DNA of 63,866 nt from Sulfuricurvum sp. (GCA_022729795.1 DZBD01000002.1:1-63866), one strand, 5' to 3'. Positions 51,611 to 63,013 are shown, counted from the stretch's first letter. Program-made: numbers and translations. The notes: generated by a model not told the origin, from the sequence alone.

Positions 51611-52147
51611 TTACTTCGCTTTAATGATACTTATTACAGATACGCGATCCGAATCTGTAAATATAACATTTTCTACTTTAGCAATATCACGAATAAGCTT
51701 AGAATCACCGACATCCATACGAGTAACATCTACGTTAATAGCTGCAGGTAGATTTTCTATAGTAGCTTTTACTCTTAAGCGAGGTTTTGAAATATTAACA
51801 AGACCTTTATTTTTAAGACCTATTGCATCACCCTGAGCAACAACAGGCACATGATAATGTGTAACTACGCCCGGCTGTGCTACCATCAAATCAACGTGTA
51901 AAAGTTGTGCAGTAACAGCATGTGACTCATATGATTGAACAACAACATTCATCTCTTTGTCTCCTATTTTTACCGGAAACGATAAAGTATCTTTGTTGCG
52001 AACAGTACGGATATATTCATTTTGTTTGAATGCGGCATGAATATTTTCAAGCCCTTTTCCGTAAATGTTTGCAATTAGATAACCATCACGGCGAAGCGCT
52101 TTTGTACCCTTCTTACCAATACTCTCTCTAACAATGCCTTCTAACAT
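51611..52147 (-). CDS. rplY: 50S ribosomal protein L25/Ctc
   Basis: LRRDG...ANIYGKG and LLHVDL. Upstream of pth. Confidence 0.95.
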   Translation of the reverse strand: MLEGIVRESIGKKGTKALRRDGYLIANIYGKGLENIHAAFKQNEYIRTVRNKDTLSFPVKIGDKEMNVVVQSYESHAVTAQLLHVDLMVAQPGVVTHYHVPVVAQGDAIGLKNKGLVNISKPRLRVKATIENLPAAINVDVTRMDVGDSKLIRDIAKVENVIFTDSDRVSVISIIKAK

Positions 52148-52221
52148 ATTTAATCCTTAATTTTAAAAAATGAGCGAAATTATACTTTTTTTAAGCTTCA
52201 AGATTAGTTAAGTTTGTTTTT

Positions 52222-53415
52222 TTAGTCTTTCAAACTAAAAATATCATTACCGCTCTCTTTTGTGAGGTTCTTTGCTTGAGCATCCACTGAACCGGCAGAA
52301 ACTTGACCGCTACTGAGTCCGCTTATTCTTAACTCCAAATCCGAGGCACTCGTCGCATTTGCTTTTGCCTGTTCTTTGGAGATTATTCCCTCGTCATACA
52401 AATCAAGGATAGACTGATCAAAACTTTGGGATTTATAATGTTCTCTCCCTTTTTCCAAGGTTTCTCGAATTTCGTAATCACGTTTTTCCAAAATAAGTTT
52501 CTCTATTGTCGGCGTGTTCACCAAAATTTCCAGAGCTGCACGTCTTTTTCCATCAACGGTCGGGATAAGCCTTTGGGAAACAACTCCTTGCAAAACACTT
52601 GATAGCGATAAGCGCACACGGTTTTGCTCGTCTGTGGGATACTGAGCAATAATACGGTTTATAGTCTCTTTGGCATCAATAGTATGGAGAGTTGAAAAAA
52701 CTAAGTGCCCCGTGTCTGCAGCATGTAATGCCAAATCTATTGTTTCTCTATCCCTCATCTCCCCTACAAGAATAATATCCGGATCTTCACGAAGTGCCGC
52801 CCTTAATGCGGCACTAAAGGAGAGTGTGTCTTGCCCGACGGAGCGCTGATTAATTATACATCCTCTATCTTTGTGGACAAATTCGATTGGGTCTTCAATG
52901 GTAATAATATGTTTTTTCTTTGTCAGATTTATTTCATTGATTATCGATGCCAAGGTAGTTGACTTACCGCTTCCCGTAGCTCCCGTCACCAAAATAAGAC
53001 CTCTTTCTTTTTGAGTAAATGCTTTAATCACTTCCGGAAGATGCAATTCGGCTATTGTTGGAACTTTTACAGGAATAATACGAAATACGGCAGAAACACC
53101 GTCCATCTGAAAAAAAACATTCACACGAAAGCGGTTTCTCTCATCATAAGGATAAACCAAATCTATCTCTTTATGTTCGAGAAACTCTGCATATCTACTC
53201 TTGAGCAACTCTTTTGCAAAAGTGAGTGCATCTTCTTTTAAAAAAATATCACCGGCAAACTGAATAAGGTTTCCGTTGATTCTAGCTCTGATAACAGAAT
53301 TTGCTTTAACGTGCAAATCGCTTCCGCCGAGTTCTATCATCTTTTTTAGATAGGCACGAACTTTTTTTAACTGCTCAAACGATAAGCTAGCGACATCTAT
53401 ATCTTGGCTGCTCAT
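52222..53415 (-). CDS. pilT: PilT/PilU-family type IV pilus retraction ATPase
   Basis: SDLH, RFRVNVF, GATGSGKSTT, TIEDPIE, ALREDPD and GHLVFSTLHT. Confidence 0.9.
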   Translation of the reverse strand: MSSQDIDVASLSFEQLKKVRAYLKKMIELGGSDLHVKANSVIRARINGNLIQFAGDIFLKEDALTFAKELLKSRYAEFLEHKEIDLVYPYDERNRFRVNVFFQMDGVSAVFRIIPVKVPTIAELHLPEVIKAFTQKERGLILVTGATGSGKSTTLASIINEINLTKKKHIITIEDPIEFVHKDRGCIINQRSVGQDTLSFSAALRAALREDPDIILVGEMRDRETIDLALHAADTGHLVFSTLHTIDAKETINRIIAQYPTDEQNRVRLSLSSVLQGVVSQRLIPTVDGKRRAALEILVNTPTIEKLILEKRDYEIRETLEKGREHYKSQSFDQSILDLYDEGIISKEQAKANATSASDLELRISGLSSGQVSAGSVDAQAKNLTKESGNDIFSLKD

Positions 53416-54392
53416 AAAGTGTCCAAGATATCTTTAAAGGCATCTTTAAAGGCATTTAAGCCATCGAGAATTTGTTTTTCAAGAACTGCATCAAAGTTGA
53501 TACCGATATCCGCTATTCTTTGAAAATGTTTTTGTATCAGCTCATCGGAAATGGGGAGCGCACTCTCTCTCAAACCATCTTTGTGATACGCTTTAATAGT
53601 ATCTATGGGAGCGGTGTTTACGCTATTGTATGCTAAAAGTTTTTCCACATAATAATGTGCCGCCAAAGAGTCGTCTTTTACTCCGGTGCTTGCAAACAGT
53701 GTTCTACAGCCCGTAACATTTTCCCCTTGTATTGCGGCATAAATATCCGCGGAGTTGTATATTCCGCTGAGTGCGGTTGCAATATTATTTTTGCTAAGTT
53801 CAGCATCGAGTGCACGGTCGACTCTGCTTACGAATATACTAATAACGGTGTCCACTTTTGCTCCATGTTGTGCCACTCCCGCTCGAAAAGCATTTGCACA
53901 TGCCAAGGCTTGCGCTTTTGAAAAAATAAGTGTAGCATTTACGGGAATTCCACATGCCGTAAGTTCTTCCATTGCCTGATAGCCCGCAGTTGTTGCCGGC
54001 ACTTTTATCATTACGTTTTTTCTGTTGATTGTACTAAAGAGTCTTTTTCCCTCAGAGATTGTAGCATCTGCATCATCGCACAAAAAAGGGTCTACCTCTA
54101 TGCTAACATACCCGTCGTCACCGCTATCGTAAAGCGGTTTGAGAATATCTGCAGCTTTACTAATATCATAGATTGCCAAAGCCTCGTACTTCTCTTTGGG
54201 CGAAAGCACACCAAGCGTTTGCAACTGTTCTTTATATGCAGGAGAATTCAAAATAGCATTTTTAAAAATAGCAGGATTTGAAGTAGCTCCGTTAATGATT
54301 TTGTGTTGAATTAAATCTTTAAACTCGTTATCTAAGTAATCTCTTTCAATAAAATCTGCCCACAAGGAGAATTTCAAATCTTCTATATACAT
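53412..54392 (-). CDS. tal: transaldolase
   Basis: GATSNPAIF, VSIEVDP, MIKVPAT, NATLIFS and FASTGVK. Confidence 0.95.
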   Translation of the reverse strand: MYIEDLKFSLWADFIERDYLDNEFKDLIQHKIINGATSNPAIFKNAILNSPAYKEQLQTLGVLSPKEKYEALAIYDISKAADILKPLYDSGDDGYVSIEVDPFLCDDADATISEGKRLFSTINRKNVMIKVPATTAGYQAMEELTACGIPVNATLIFSKAQALACANAFRAGVAQHGAKVDTVISIFVSRVDRALDAELSKNNIATALSGIYNSADIYAAIQGENVTGCRTLFASTGVKDDSLAAHYYVEKLLAYNSVNTAPIDTIKAYHKDGLRESALPISDELIQKHFQRIADIGINFDAVLEKQILDGLNAFKDAFKDILDTL

Positions 54393-54435
54393 ATTTTCAA
54401 CCTCAATTTTTTTGTCAATTATAGCCCAAAAGTTC

Positions 54436-55125
54436 TCAAACTTTTTTAAAGTTTTTTATATCGCTCTGTTTTAGAAATAAAAAAATAAAAAAATGTAAAA
54501 GCGTCAAAACATACAAAACCTCATCATGCAATAAGTTGTTTTTATCCCTAATATCCAGCCATATGTAAAAATCAAAAATAAACTCTCTTATACTCTCATA
54601 AAGTAAAAGAAAGATCCCTGCAAAAAAGAGATATCTCACTGCTTTTTTAGAAGTAACGGCTTTGTTTTGTTTAAAAAAAAATATGATTGCAAAAAGATTC
54701 AACAAATAAAGAAGATAACTCTCAGCAGCAAAAAGCAGTAGTAAACCTTTATAGATACTCAGTAAATAAAGTGCTCCAACCGCATCACTGAGCAAATTAT
54801 TACCAAAACGAACGACAAAGAGGAGATACGTAAACTGTAAAAATACAAAGAGGCTATACTCTTGGATATAGAAAACAGAAGTGCTCAACAAAGCATGTAA
54901 CAGCAGATACGCATAAGATTTTTTCTCCTTACACACATAAATACTAAGACTCAAAAAAAGATACAAAATAAAAAGAAATTCTCCTTGGCTCAGTCGATGA
55001 GAGAGAAAAAGTATCTTCTCACCAAAGAAAAAAGAGTTATAAAATACAAACCCAAAAAATGCAATTGCAAAAAGAAAAAGAGCTCTTAAAAGAGTCATCC
55101 TATACGATATTTTTAGGTATCTCAA
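54436..55125 (-). CDS. hypothetical integral membrane protein
   Basis: Very hydrophobic (about 7-8 TM helices). Start uncertain, possibly ATG 55098. Confidence 0.6.
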   Translation of the reverse strand: MRYLKISYRMTLLRALFLFAIAFFGFVFYNSFFFGEKILFLSHRLSQGEFLFILYLFLSLSIYVCKEKKSYAYLLLHALLSTSVFYIQEYSLFVFLQFTYLLFVVRFGNNLLSDAVGALYLLSIYKGLLLLFAAESYLLYLLNLFAIIFFFKQNKAVTSKKAVRYLFFAGIFLLLYESIREFIFDFYIWLDIRDKNNLLHDEVLYVLTLLHFFIFLFLKQSDIKNFKKV

Positions 55126-56497
55126 CTATAAAAGCCGTACCTTCTTTGGAAGTTTGAACATCAATCACCCCGTTAAACTGTTTTTGGATAATCATTTGGC
55201 TCAAATAAAGCCCGATTCCCGTGCCGTTTTTTCCTTTGGTACTAAAATAGGGCTCAAAAATATGGGGCAGATTTTCGTCGCTTATTCCGGAACCGTTGTC
55301 TTTTATACAAATTTGTATCGTATTTTCTTTCTCTTGGACACTCAGTAAAATGAGAGGATTTTCACTTTTGCCCTCAATAAGAACATCCAAAGCATTATTC
55401 ATCAAATTGAGCACAACCTGAATCAATTCATTGATATATGTTTGAATTTGGATAGTTTTACCGCTTTGCAGCACTAATTGAATAGTAGTATCACTTACTC
55501 TCGGAAGAGAAAAATTGACTACTTTTTGCAATAAGGCATGTACTTCAATTGCTTGCGAATCTTTTTTCGGTAAAAAATAAGTTTGAAAATCGTCGATGGT
55601 GTTGGATAAATAGATAATCGTATCGCTTATTTCATTCAGCAAGGAATCGGTTTCATGTGTTGCAATTTCATTTCCAAAGAGCCTTTTGAATTGTAAGTTG
55701 GATATCCGAAGCGTAATCGTAGAGAGCGGTTGTCTCCACTGATGCGCAATCATCGTTATCATTTCACCCATAACGGCTTGCTTGGATTGGATTGTGAGAA
55801 TTTTGTCTTTTTGTATCAGCTCTTCTATTTTCTCTTGCACTTTTGTCTCAAGCATATCGTTCATAAGTCTTAGTTCTGCCGTTTTTTCTTCCACTTCTTT
55901 TTCGAGTTTCGCATTAAAATCCAGAAGCATTTTTTGTTGCTTTAAGATGATATCGCTTGCCTCCGCCATCTTCTTTTGATAAAAAAACGTAATCACACTT
56001 ACCATCACGAGGACGAAAGAAAGATAGCTTACTTGGTAAAATGAAAATTGTACCGGAGTATAAGGTTGAAACGGGGAGACAAGCAATAGTGCTATTACGA
56101 GTCCTAGCCAATATTTGCCGTATTCCCTTTTTTGAACAACCAATAAAATAACCGGATAGGTAAAAATCCACAAATGTTTTAAATCTGCAGGATTGGAGTT
56201 ATAAATCAAAAACAGATAAAAAAAAGCGTATTCAACCGTTAGTACGGTGGCAATTTTATTGAGTAGTTTGAGATTCATTCTTAAAAGAATCATCATGAAT
56301 ATTCCACCTGCCATCATCAGCGATTCTATGAATACAAAACCGTTTACTCCTCTGACAATATTGCCCGTAATTCCGTAAATCAGTCCCAAAACTGATAATA
56401 ATATAATGGTATTTGTAGCTTGTACTCTACTTTTTAAAGTATATTCCGATGCCTCAAATAAAAATCCGCTTCTTAATATATTGTCTAATATTCTCAT
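55100..56497 (-). CDS. membrane sensor histidine kinase
   Basis: Several TM helices, H-box IAHQWRQPL, N-box NLMNNALD, DNGSG and GTGIGL. Confidence 0.93.
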   Translation of the reverse strand: MRILDNILRSGFLFEASEYTLKSRVQATNTIILLSVLGLIYGITGNIVRGVNGFVFIESLMMAGGIFMMILLRMNLKLLNKIATVLTVEYAFFYLFLIYNSNPADLKHLWIFTYPVILLVVQKREYGKYWLGLVIALLLVSPFQPYTPVQFSFYQVSYLSFVLVMVSVITFFYQKKMAEASDIILKQQKMLLDFNAKLEKEVEEKTAELRLMNDMLETKVQEKIEELIQKDKILTIQSKQAVMGEMITMIAHQWRQPLSTITLRISNLQFKRLFGNEIATHETDSLLNEISDTIIYLSNTIDDFQTYFLPKKDSQAIEVHALLQKVVNFSLPRVSDTTIQLVLQSGKTIQIQTYINELIQVVLNLMNNALDVLIEGKSENPLILLSVQEKENTIQICIKDNGSGISDENLPHIFEPYFSTKGKNGTGIGLYLSQMIIQKQFNGVIDVQTSKEGTAFIVEIPKNIV

Positions 56498-56505
56498 AGC
56501 TTTTC

Positions 56506-57444
56506 CTAAGGAAGATAAATTTTATCTAAAAGTTCATCGTATTCACTTTGAACACTACTATCAAGCGTAATGCCGCCGCCGCTTTTATAAATATACCCTT
56601 CTTTTGTTTTTTCTATAAAACGAATCATCACCCCGCTGTCCAATTTTTTGCCGTCATATACACCGAAAATACCGCTAAAATAGCCTCTCTCATACCCTTC
56701 AATTTTTTCAATAATCTCCAAAGTACTCTTTTTCGGCGCACCGCTAATGCTTCCGGCAGGAAGAAGGGATTTTAACAGAGTTCCAATTTCCACATGCCAA
56801 GAATCTCCGACATCTCCGCTGATATGGGAGCTTACCTGAAGCAGTTTTTTTTCTCCGGCATCAAGCTCTTGCACATAACGAAACGATTCCACCTTCACGT
56901 TTGTTGCAACAATAGAGAGATCATTTCGGAGTAAATCTACCACCATCACATGTTCTGCCATCTCTTTTTGGTTCTTTAAAATCATTTGCTCGGCATGTGG
57001 AATTGAAGCGTCTATAGTTCCTTTCATGGGATAAGTGTGTATTTTATTATCCTCTATTCGTATAAATTTTTCAGGTGAAAAACACACGAATTTATCTTTA
57101 TACCTTAACTTGTAATGAGCATTGGCATACTGATAAATTTCCTTGAGACTCAGCGATGTGACTATGGGCGTGGGTTGTGTAAGATTCAAAAGGTAGGTTT
57201 CGCCTGACTTAATTTTTTCGATAACACAATTAAATTTTTGCTCATACGCATTAAAGTCGATGGGAAATTTTTTTAATATATGGGGATGTGGCTGTTTAAT
57301 ATAATTTTCATCAATGCAAAAGGCAACATCTTCGGCATCCAATGCATCAAGGGGAATAATTTCTAAATTTTCGGCCTTAAAATCACAGATAAACAAAAAA
57401 GGTTTTCTCTGTTTTCCTAGGGCATTCAGATATTCAAATTTCAT
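56506..57444 (-). CDS. pabB: aminodeoxychorismate synthase component I
   Basis: [33 protein letters not shown] and SGGGIT. Confidence 0.9.
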   Translation of the reverse strand: MKFEYLNALGKQRKPFLFICDFKAENLEIIPLDALDAEDVAFCIDENYIKQPHPHILKKFPIDFNAYEQKFNCVIEKIKSGETYLLNLTQPTPIVTSLSLKEIYQYANAHYKLRYKDKFVCFSPEKFIRIEDNKIHTYPMKGTIDASIPHAEQMILKNQKEMAEHVMVVDLLRNDLSIVATNVKVESFRYVQELDAGEKKLLQVSSHISGDVGDSWHVEIGTLLKSLLPAGSISGAPKKSTLEIIEKIEGYERGYFSGIFGVYDGKKLDSGVMIRFIEKTKEGYIYKSGGGITLDSSVQSEYDELLDKIYLP

Positions 57445-58309
57445 AAATCAGTTTTTTGAGCACTGCCATTCTAATAGACACTCCGTTGGAGACCTGACCA
57501 AGCACCTTACATCTCTCATCCGCCAAAAGCGCATCGCAGATATCTATATTTCTATGGACGGGTCCCGGATGAAGCAAGATAATATCTCTCTCTCCGACCA
57601 ACTCCGAAGTGATACAAAAATCGCTTGCATAGTCTTTGAGTGAAGCGTAATTTTGAGAAGAGTGCCTCTCAGTTTGAGTGCGAAGACTCATAATAGCATC
57701 CACTTCATCTATTATTTCATGGATATAGTGGGTTGTTTTTAATGATGTTTTTGGGAGAAACTGAGGAGGAGCCACCAAAATTACTTTCATTCCAAATCTC
57801 GTCAAAAGTTCTATATTGGAGTTGGCGACGCGGGAGTTTTTTATATCCCCGACTATTGCTATTTTTTTTCCTCGTACATCGCCAAAATGCTCTTTTAAAG
57901 TGTAAAGGTCCAAGAGTGCTTGAGTCGGATGTGCATGTGCGCCGTCCCCTGCATTGATGATTGCGGCTTTTGTGTGGTTAGAGAGAATCTTCGCAACACC
58001 GGCATTTTGATGTCTCACTATGATGGCATGTGGACCCATCGCATCCAAATTCATCGCCGTATCTACAAGGGTTTCCCCCTTGGTTGTAGAGCTTTTTGCA
58101 ACATCCAAATGCACCATCTCGGCACCGAGTCTTTTGGCTGCTATCTCAAATGAGCTTCGCGTTCTCGTTGAGTTTTCAAAAAAAAGTGTAATAATGATTT
58201 TGTCTTGTAAGATTCTTTCAAATCTTCCGTCGCTAAATCTCTTTGCATCGGTTAAAATCTCTTCAATCTCTTGGGTTGTAAAATCATCTGTGCGGATTAA
58301 ATGCTTCAT
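57434..58309 (-). CDS. pyrB: aspartate carbamoyltransferase catalytic subunit
   Basis: [24 protein letters not shown] and HPGP. Start re-called at ATG 58309 (MKHLI). Confidence 0.97.
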   Translation of the reverse strand: MKHLIRTDDFTTQEIEEILTDAKRFSDGRFERILQDKIIITLFFENSTRTRSSFEIAAKRLGAEMVHLDVAKSSTTKGETLVDTAMNLDAMGPHAIIVRHQNAGVAKILSNHTKAAIINAGDGAHAHPTQALLDLYTLKEHFGDVRGKKIAIVGDIKNSRVANSNIELLTRFGMKVILVAPPQFLPKTSLKTTHYIHEIIDEVDAIMSLRTQTERHSSQNYASLKDYASDFCITSELVGERDIILLHPGPVHRNIDICDALLADERCKVLGQVSNGVSIRMAVLKKLIYEI

Positions 58310-58328
58310 TTTATACTTCTTATATTTT

Positions 58329-58979
58329 TTATAGATTATACAAAACATCACATATTTTTACAATATCTTCATTCACTTTAAGCACTTTTTGATTTGTTTT
58401 CAAAAAATAAGGTTCCGATACGATCGCAAAACTTTTATCACTCTCTTTACAGTTAAAAGCTACGGCATGTGGAATATTTCTCTCTTGAAGAGCCTTTTGA
58501 CTCAAAAGGGTGTCATTGATGCATCCAAGAGAGCAATGGGTCACTAAAAGTGCAGTGGCTTTCAAATAGGTGATTAAATCTATCATCATCGTATTTTCGT
58601 CTATAGGCACATAGAGTCCGCCTGCACCCTCGATGATAACAAGGTCACAAGAGGCTTCCATCTCTTGAATTTTGATTTGAATTTTTTTCAAATCAAAAGG
58701 GATATTGTTTGAAGCTACAAAAGGAGCAGCAGGCAACTCGTAGGTAATAGGGACGATATCTTCTACTTCCAAAGACCAAAGTTTATGATTACACTCTTTT
58801 GCACATGCCAAGAGTTCTTCTCCATCAGCAGCATATCCGTCGATTACCCCTGTTTCAATAGGCTTTATAACACCCACTAAAATTCCACGCGAAGCAAATT
58901 CACGTAAGAGCAACTTTGTTGTATAAGTCTTACCGATGTCGGTATTTGTGGCCGTCACAAAAATCCGTTTTTTCATCAT
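58329..58979 (-). CDS. bioD: dethiobiotin synthase
   Basis: [19 protein letters not shown] and LGCINDT. Confidence 0.95.
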   Translation of the reverse strand: MMKKRIFVTATNTDIGKTYTTKLLLREFASRGILVGVIKPIETGVIDGYAADGEELLACAKECNHKLWSLEVEDIVPITYELPAAPFVASNNIPFDLKKIQIKIQEMEASCDLVIIEGAGGLYVPIDENTMMIDLITYLKATALLVTHCSLGCINDTLLSQKALQERNIPHAVAFNCKESDKSFAIVSEPYFLKTNQKVLKVNEDIVKICDVLYNL

Positions 58980-58984
58980 CTGGG

Positions 58985-59128
58985 CTATTCTTTGTCTAAC
59001 TCTCTTAAAGCCTCGGAAGAAAGTTTATTTGATCTCTCATACGAGCCGTCATTCACAGGCGCTTTTTGAGCACAGGCAGTAAAACTCACTCCCACAATAA
59101 TCCATACACATAATAAAAATAATTTCAT
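58985..59128 (-). CDS. small lipoprotein (47 aa), absent from the ORF track
   Basis: Hand translation MKLFLLCVWIIVGVSFTACAQKAPVNDGSYERSNKLSSEALRELDKE. AAAGGA RBS, lipobox FTAC, stop 5 nt before the bioD start. Confidence 0.75.
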   Translation of the reverse strand: MKLFLLCVWIIVGVSFTACAQKAPVNDGSYERSNKLSSEALRELDKE

Positions 59129-59294
59129 CTTCTATCCTTTAAAATTTTATTATTGGATTCTAACATAAAAAGTATTATTTCCACATGCCAAGCTTCTACG
59201 CTCAGTATAAAGCTTCACGGCTAATACAATTTCTTTTTTTTATATTTATCACTACTTCGGTATAATTTATCAACTTTTATAAGGCTTACAATAA

Positions 59295-60530
59295 ATGAAT
59301 CATTTTGAAGAATATTGCACTACTTTTGTGCAATCTATAGGTTCCAAAGAGGGAGCCGTCAGCCCGAGCGTGACTAACTCTGCCTCTTTTGCTTATGAAA
59401 CTCCGGAGACGGCAGAGGGAATTTTTGACGGAAGTATAAAAAAACCGCTTTATTCAAGAATGGGGAATCCTACAACTGCAAAACTTGAGAATATAATGGC
59501 AGAGATGGACGGCGGTATCGGTGCCGTTGCCACAAGCTCAGGAATGGGCGCGACTGCGCTTGCAACACTCTCCCTCTTGGCATGTGGAGATGAGATTATT
59601 AGTGTCGGCGGTTTGTTCGGCGGAACCTATGCTCTCTTTAGCGAAACTCTCGTGCGCTTTGGGATTAAGACACATTTTTTTGATGTGGATGCTTTGGAGG
59701 AGATAGAAAATGCTATCAACGATAACACAAAAATAATCTTTTTAGAGAGTGTCGGGAATCCGAATATGAGACTTCCCGATATTACAAAAATTGCACACAT
59801 TGCCGACAAAGCCGCAATAGCTTTCATAGTCGACAATACTATCACTCCATTGAGTATTTTTCCTCTCAAACTCGGTGCCGACATCGTGGTGTATTCCACA
59901 ACTAAAATTATTGCAGGAAATTCATCGGCTCTTGGCGGATGTGCGGTTTTTCGTGCTATAAACGAAGGTGAAGATAAGTTTAAATCACTTCGCTACAAAG
60001 AACTAGAAAAATTTATCAAAAATACGGGAAAAATGGCACTTATTCCTAATGCCAAAAAAAGGGCTCTAAGGGATTTCGGGATGAGTGCAAATGCACATGC
60101 CAGCTACCAAACAATGCTTGGGCTGGAGACTCTTGCACTTCGAATGGATAGAATTATACAAAGTGTCGAGATTGTCGCTCAGGAACTTGACAAAAATGGG
60201 ATCAACGTCAATCACCCCTCTTTAGAAAAACATCCCCACCATCAAAGATATTTAGATATGTTTTCAAATGGATGCGGCACTTTACTGACCATAGATATGG
60301 GTTCCAAAGAAAAGGCATTTGCATTTTTAAACAAAACAAAACTTGCAACAATCACCGCAAATATCGGTGACAGCAGAACGCTTGCTTTGCACATGGCATC
60401 GACAATTTATAGAGATTTTGATGCAAAAGAGAAAGAATTTTTAGGGATAACAGACGGTCTTATAAGGATATCCATAGGGCTAGAAAATCCGCAAGATATC
60501 ATAAAAGATTTTTTAGAATCGACAAAGTAG
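59295..60530 (+). CDS. Cys/Met metabolism PLP enzyme (O-acetyl/O-succinylhomoserine sulfhydrylase-like)
   Basis: YSRMGNPT, SSGMGA, VDNT, YSTTK, NIGDSRTL and IRISIGLE. Confidence 0.9.
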   Translation: MNHFEEYCTTFVQSIGSKEGAVSPSVTNSASFAYETPETAEGIFDGSIKKPLYSRMGNPTTAKLENIMAEMDGGIGAVATSSGMGATALATLSLLACGDEIISVGGLFGGTYALFSETLVRFGIKTHFFDVDALEEIENAINDNTKIIFLESVGNPNMRLPDITKIAHIADKAAIAFIVDNTITPLSIFPLKLGADIVVYSTTKIIAGNSSALGGCAVFRAINEGEDKFKSLRYKELEKFIKNTGKMALIPNAKKRALRDFGMSANAHASYQTMLGLETLALRMDRIIQSVEIVAQELDKNGINVNHPSLEKHPHHQRYLDMFSNGCGTLLTIDMGSKEKAFAFLNKTKLATITANIGDSRTLALHMASTIYRDFDAKEKEFLGITDGLIRISIGLENPQDIIKDFLESTK

Positions 60531-60536
60531 GAAAAA

Positions 60537-60836
60537 ATGGCAACACATACTGATTTAGAAATAATAGATGAAATAGCACTCAAATATCCCAAAAAATACA
60601 AGGTCTATATCCTCAACGATGATTACAGTTCCATGGATTTTGTAATTGATGTTTTGATGAGCATCTTTCATAAAAGCTATCACGAAGCCGAAGCGATTAT
60701 GCTCGAAGTACATAAAAAAGAGCGGGGAATATGTGGTATTTATACTCATGAGATTGCAGAAACAAAAGTGATGCAGGTTCACAAAAAAGCTCGTGATAAC
60801 GGCTTTCCTCTAAAAGCTACAATGGAGGAGGAATAA
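60537..60836 (+). CDS. clpS: Clp protease adaptor ClpS
   Basis: LNDDYSSMDFV, MLEVH and FPLKATME. Confidence 0.96.
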   Translation: MATHTDLEIIDEIALKYPKKYKVYILNDDYSSMDFVIDVLMSIFHKSYHEAEAIMLEVHKKERGICGIYTHEIAETKVMQVHKKARDNGFPLKATMEEE

Positions 60837-63013
60837 TGATTAGCCCAAGTTTAAATGAAATTTTTCAAAAGTCTATCCAATTTGCAAAAGAACTTAGACA
60901 TGAATATTTGACTATAGAACATGTTTTTTATCTTCTACTCAGTTCAAGAGAAGGTGTGGCTATCATTAGTGCCTGCGGCGGCGATGTTAGCCAGATGAAA
61001 GAGCTTCTCAAAAATTATATAAAAACACATATTAATTCTCTTCCTGAGGATGTAGAAAGAGACCCGTATGAGAGCGTCGCCCTCTCCAGACTTATCGATA
61101 ATATGATAAAACATATTCAAAGCGCACAGCAAAACAGTGCCGATATCGGTGATTTGATTGCTGCACTTTATGATGAAGAAAACACCTTCACTTACATGCT
61201 TTTAAATGAGTACCAAATCTCAAGATTAGATATTTTAGAAATTATTTCCCACACAGACACAAAAACTCTCAACAATGATACGGAATCTTATTTGGAAAAA
61301 TATTCCATCAATCTTCTCGATAAAGCAAGAGAGGGAAAAATAGATCCGGTAATCGGAAGAGATAACGAGATAAAAAGAGTGATGCAGATTTTATGTAGAC
61401 GCAAAAAAAACAACCCTCTTTTAGTCGGTGAGGCCGGTGTAGGAAAAACAGCGATTGCAGAAGGATTAGCGCTGAATCTCGCTGCCGGAGAGGTTCCCGA
61501 CATTCTTAAAAAAGCAGAACTGTATGCACTTGATTTAGGAGCTTTGCTCGCCGGAACAAAATATAGAGGAGACTTTGAAAAAAGACTAAAAGGTGTTATG
61601 GATGAGCTCAAAGTTCACCCAAATGCCATTCTTTTTATTGATGAAATTCATACGCTCATCGGTGCAGGTTCTACAAGCGGAACCATGGATGCAGCCAACC
61701 AGCTCAAACCGGCTCTTGCCTCAGGTGAGCTTAAATGTATGGGTGCTACTACCTTTGCGGAGTACAGAAACGGCTTTGAAAAAGATAAGGCACTTAGCAG
61801 AAGATTCTCTAAAATCGACGTAGATGAGCCCTCAGAAAAAACAAGTTACCTGATACTTCAAGGGCTCAAAGACAAATACGAAAAACATCATAATGTTACT
61901 TATACCGACAAAGCTCTTAAAACGGCGGTGGAACTCTCCAAAAGGTATATTACGGACAGATTTTTACCGGACAAGGCAATAGATCTTATTGATGAAACGG
62001 CAGCTTCTTTTCATCTCAACAAAGAGAACAAAAAAAGAATTACCGCCTATGATATTGAAAAAACTATTTCTAGCATTATAGGTATTTCAAGTTCAAAAGT
62101 GAGCCAAAACGAAACAGCCTCACTTCTCACTTTAGATAAAGAGTTAAAAAAACGTGTTATCGGACAAGATAATGCCATTGAAAGAGTTACCAAAGCTATT
62201 AAAATATCAAAAGCGGGGCTTACTCCCAAAAATAAACCCATCGCCTCTTTTTTATTTTCCGGACCTACAGGTGTAGGAAAAACAGAATTAGCTATTGCTC
62301 TGAGTGAGACAATGGGAATACACTTCGAACGATTCGATATGAGTGAATATATGGAAAAACATACACTCAGCAGATTAGTCGGAGCGCCTCCGGGTTATGT
62401 AGGATATGAACAAGGCGGGCTTTTAACCGAGTCTATCAAAAAACATCCTTATTCGGTCTTGCTGCTCGATGAGATTGAAAAAGCACATCCGGATTTGGTG
62501 AATATTTTATTGCAAATCATGGATAATGCTGTTTTAACAGACAATAACGGATACAAAGCAAATTTTCAAAACGTAATACTTATTATGACCTCCAATATAG
62601 GTGCAAGTGCAAGAAATGTAATGGGCTTCAATAAAGACAGTTCACTTTCAAAAGAAGAAGAACTCAAAGCGTTTTTCACTCCTGAATTTAGAAATAGGCT
62701 TGATGGGGTCGTAGAGTTTAAAAGCTTGGATACAGAAACACTCAAAGGTATCGTAGTCAAATTTATCAATGATTTAAATAAAGACCTTAAAAAGAAAAAA
62801 ATCACGGTGACCGTATCTCAACATGCGATAGAATATATAGCCAAAAACGGCTATTGCGTCGAAATGGGTGCAAGACCGCTTAAAAGGTATATTCAGGATA
62901 ACATTACCGACAAATTAAGTGACGAAATACTTTTTGGCAAACTCAAACGCGGCGGAGAAGTTGAAGTCGGTTTTGAAAATAATTTGACTTTAAACTTCAA
63001 AGAAAGAAATTGA
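60836..63013 (+). CDS. clpA: ATP-dependent Clp protease ATP-binding subunit ClpA
   Basis: Two AAA+ modules (GEAGVGKT, GPTGVGKT), no middle coiled coil, located between clpS and aat. Confidence 0.96.
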   Translation: MISPSLNEIFQKSIQFAKELRHEYLTIEHVFYLLLSSREGVAIISACGGDVSQMKELLKNYIKTHINSLPEDVERDPYESVALSRLIDNMIKHIQSAQQNSADIGDLIAALYDEENTFTYMLLNEYQISRLDILEIISHTDTKTLNNDTESYLEKYSINLLDKAREGKIDPVIGRDNEIKRVMQILCRRKKNNPLLVGEAGVGKTAIAEGLALNLAAGEVPDILKKAELYALDLGALLAGTKYRGDFEKRLKGVMDELKVHPNAILFIDEIHTLIGAGSTSGTMDAANQLKPALASGELKCMGATTFAEYRNGFEKDKALSRRFSKIDVDEPSEKTSYLILQGLKDKYEKHHNVTYTDKALKTAVELSKRYITDRFLPDKAIDLIDETAASFHLNKENKKRITAYDIEKTISSIIGISSSKVSQNETASLLTLDKELKKRVIGQDNAIERVTKAIKISKAGLTPKNKPIASFLFSGPTGVGKTELAIALSETMGIHFERFDMSEYMEKHTLSRLVGAPPGYVGYEQGGLLTESIKKHPYSVLLLDEIEKAHPDLVNILLQIMDNAVLTDNNGYKANFQNVILIMTSNIGASARNVMGFNKDSSLSKEEELKAFFTPEFRNRLDGVVEFKSLDTETLKGIVVKFINDLNKDLKKKKITVTVSQHAIEYIAKNGYCVEMGARPLKRYIQDNITDKLSDEILFGKLKRGGEVEVGFENNLTLNFKERN

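Noticed and set aside
40265-52147. Flagellar genes fliFGH embedded among amino-acid and isoprenoid genes
   Set aside because: This is the known conserved arrangement in Campylobacterota, not a novelty.
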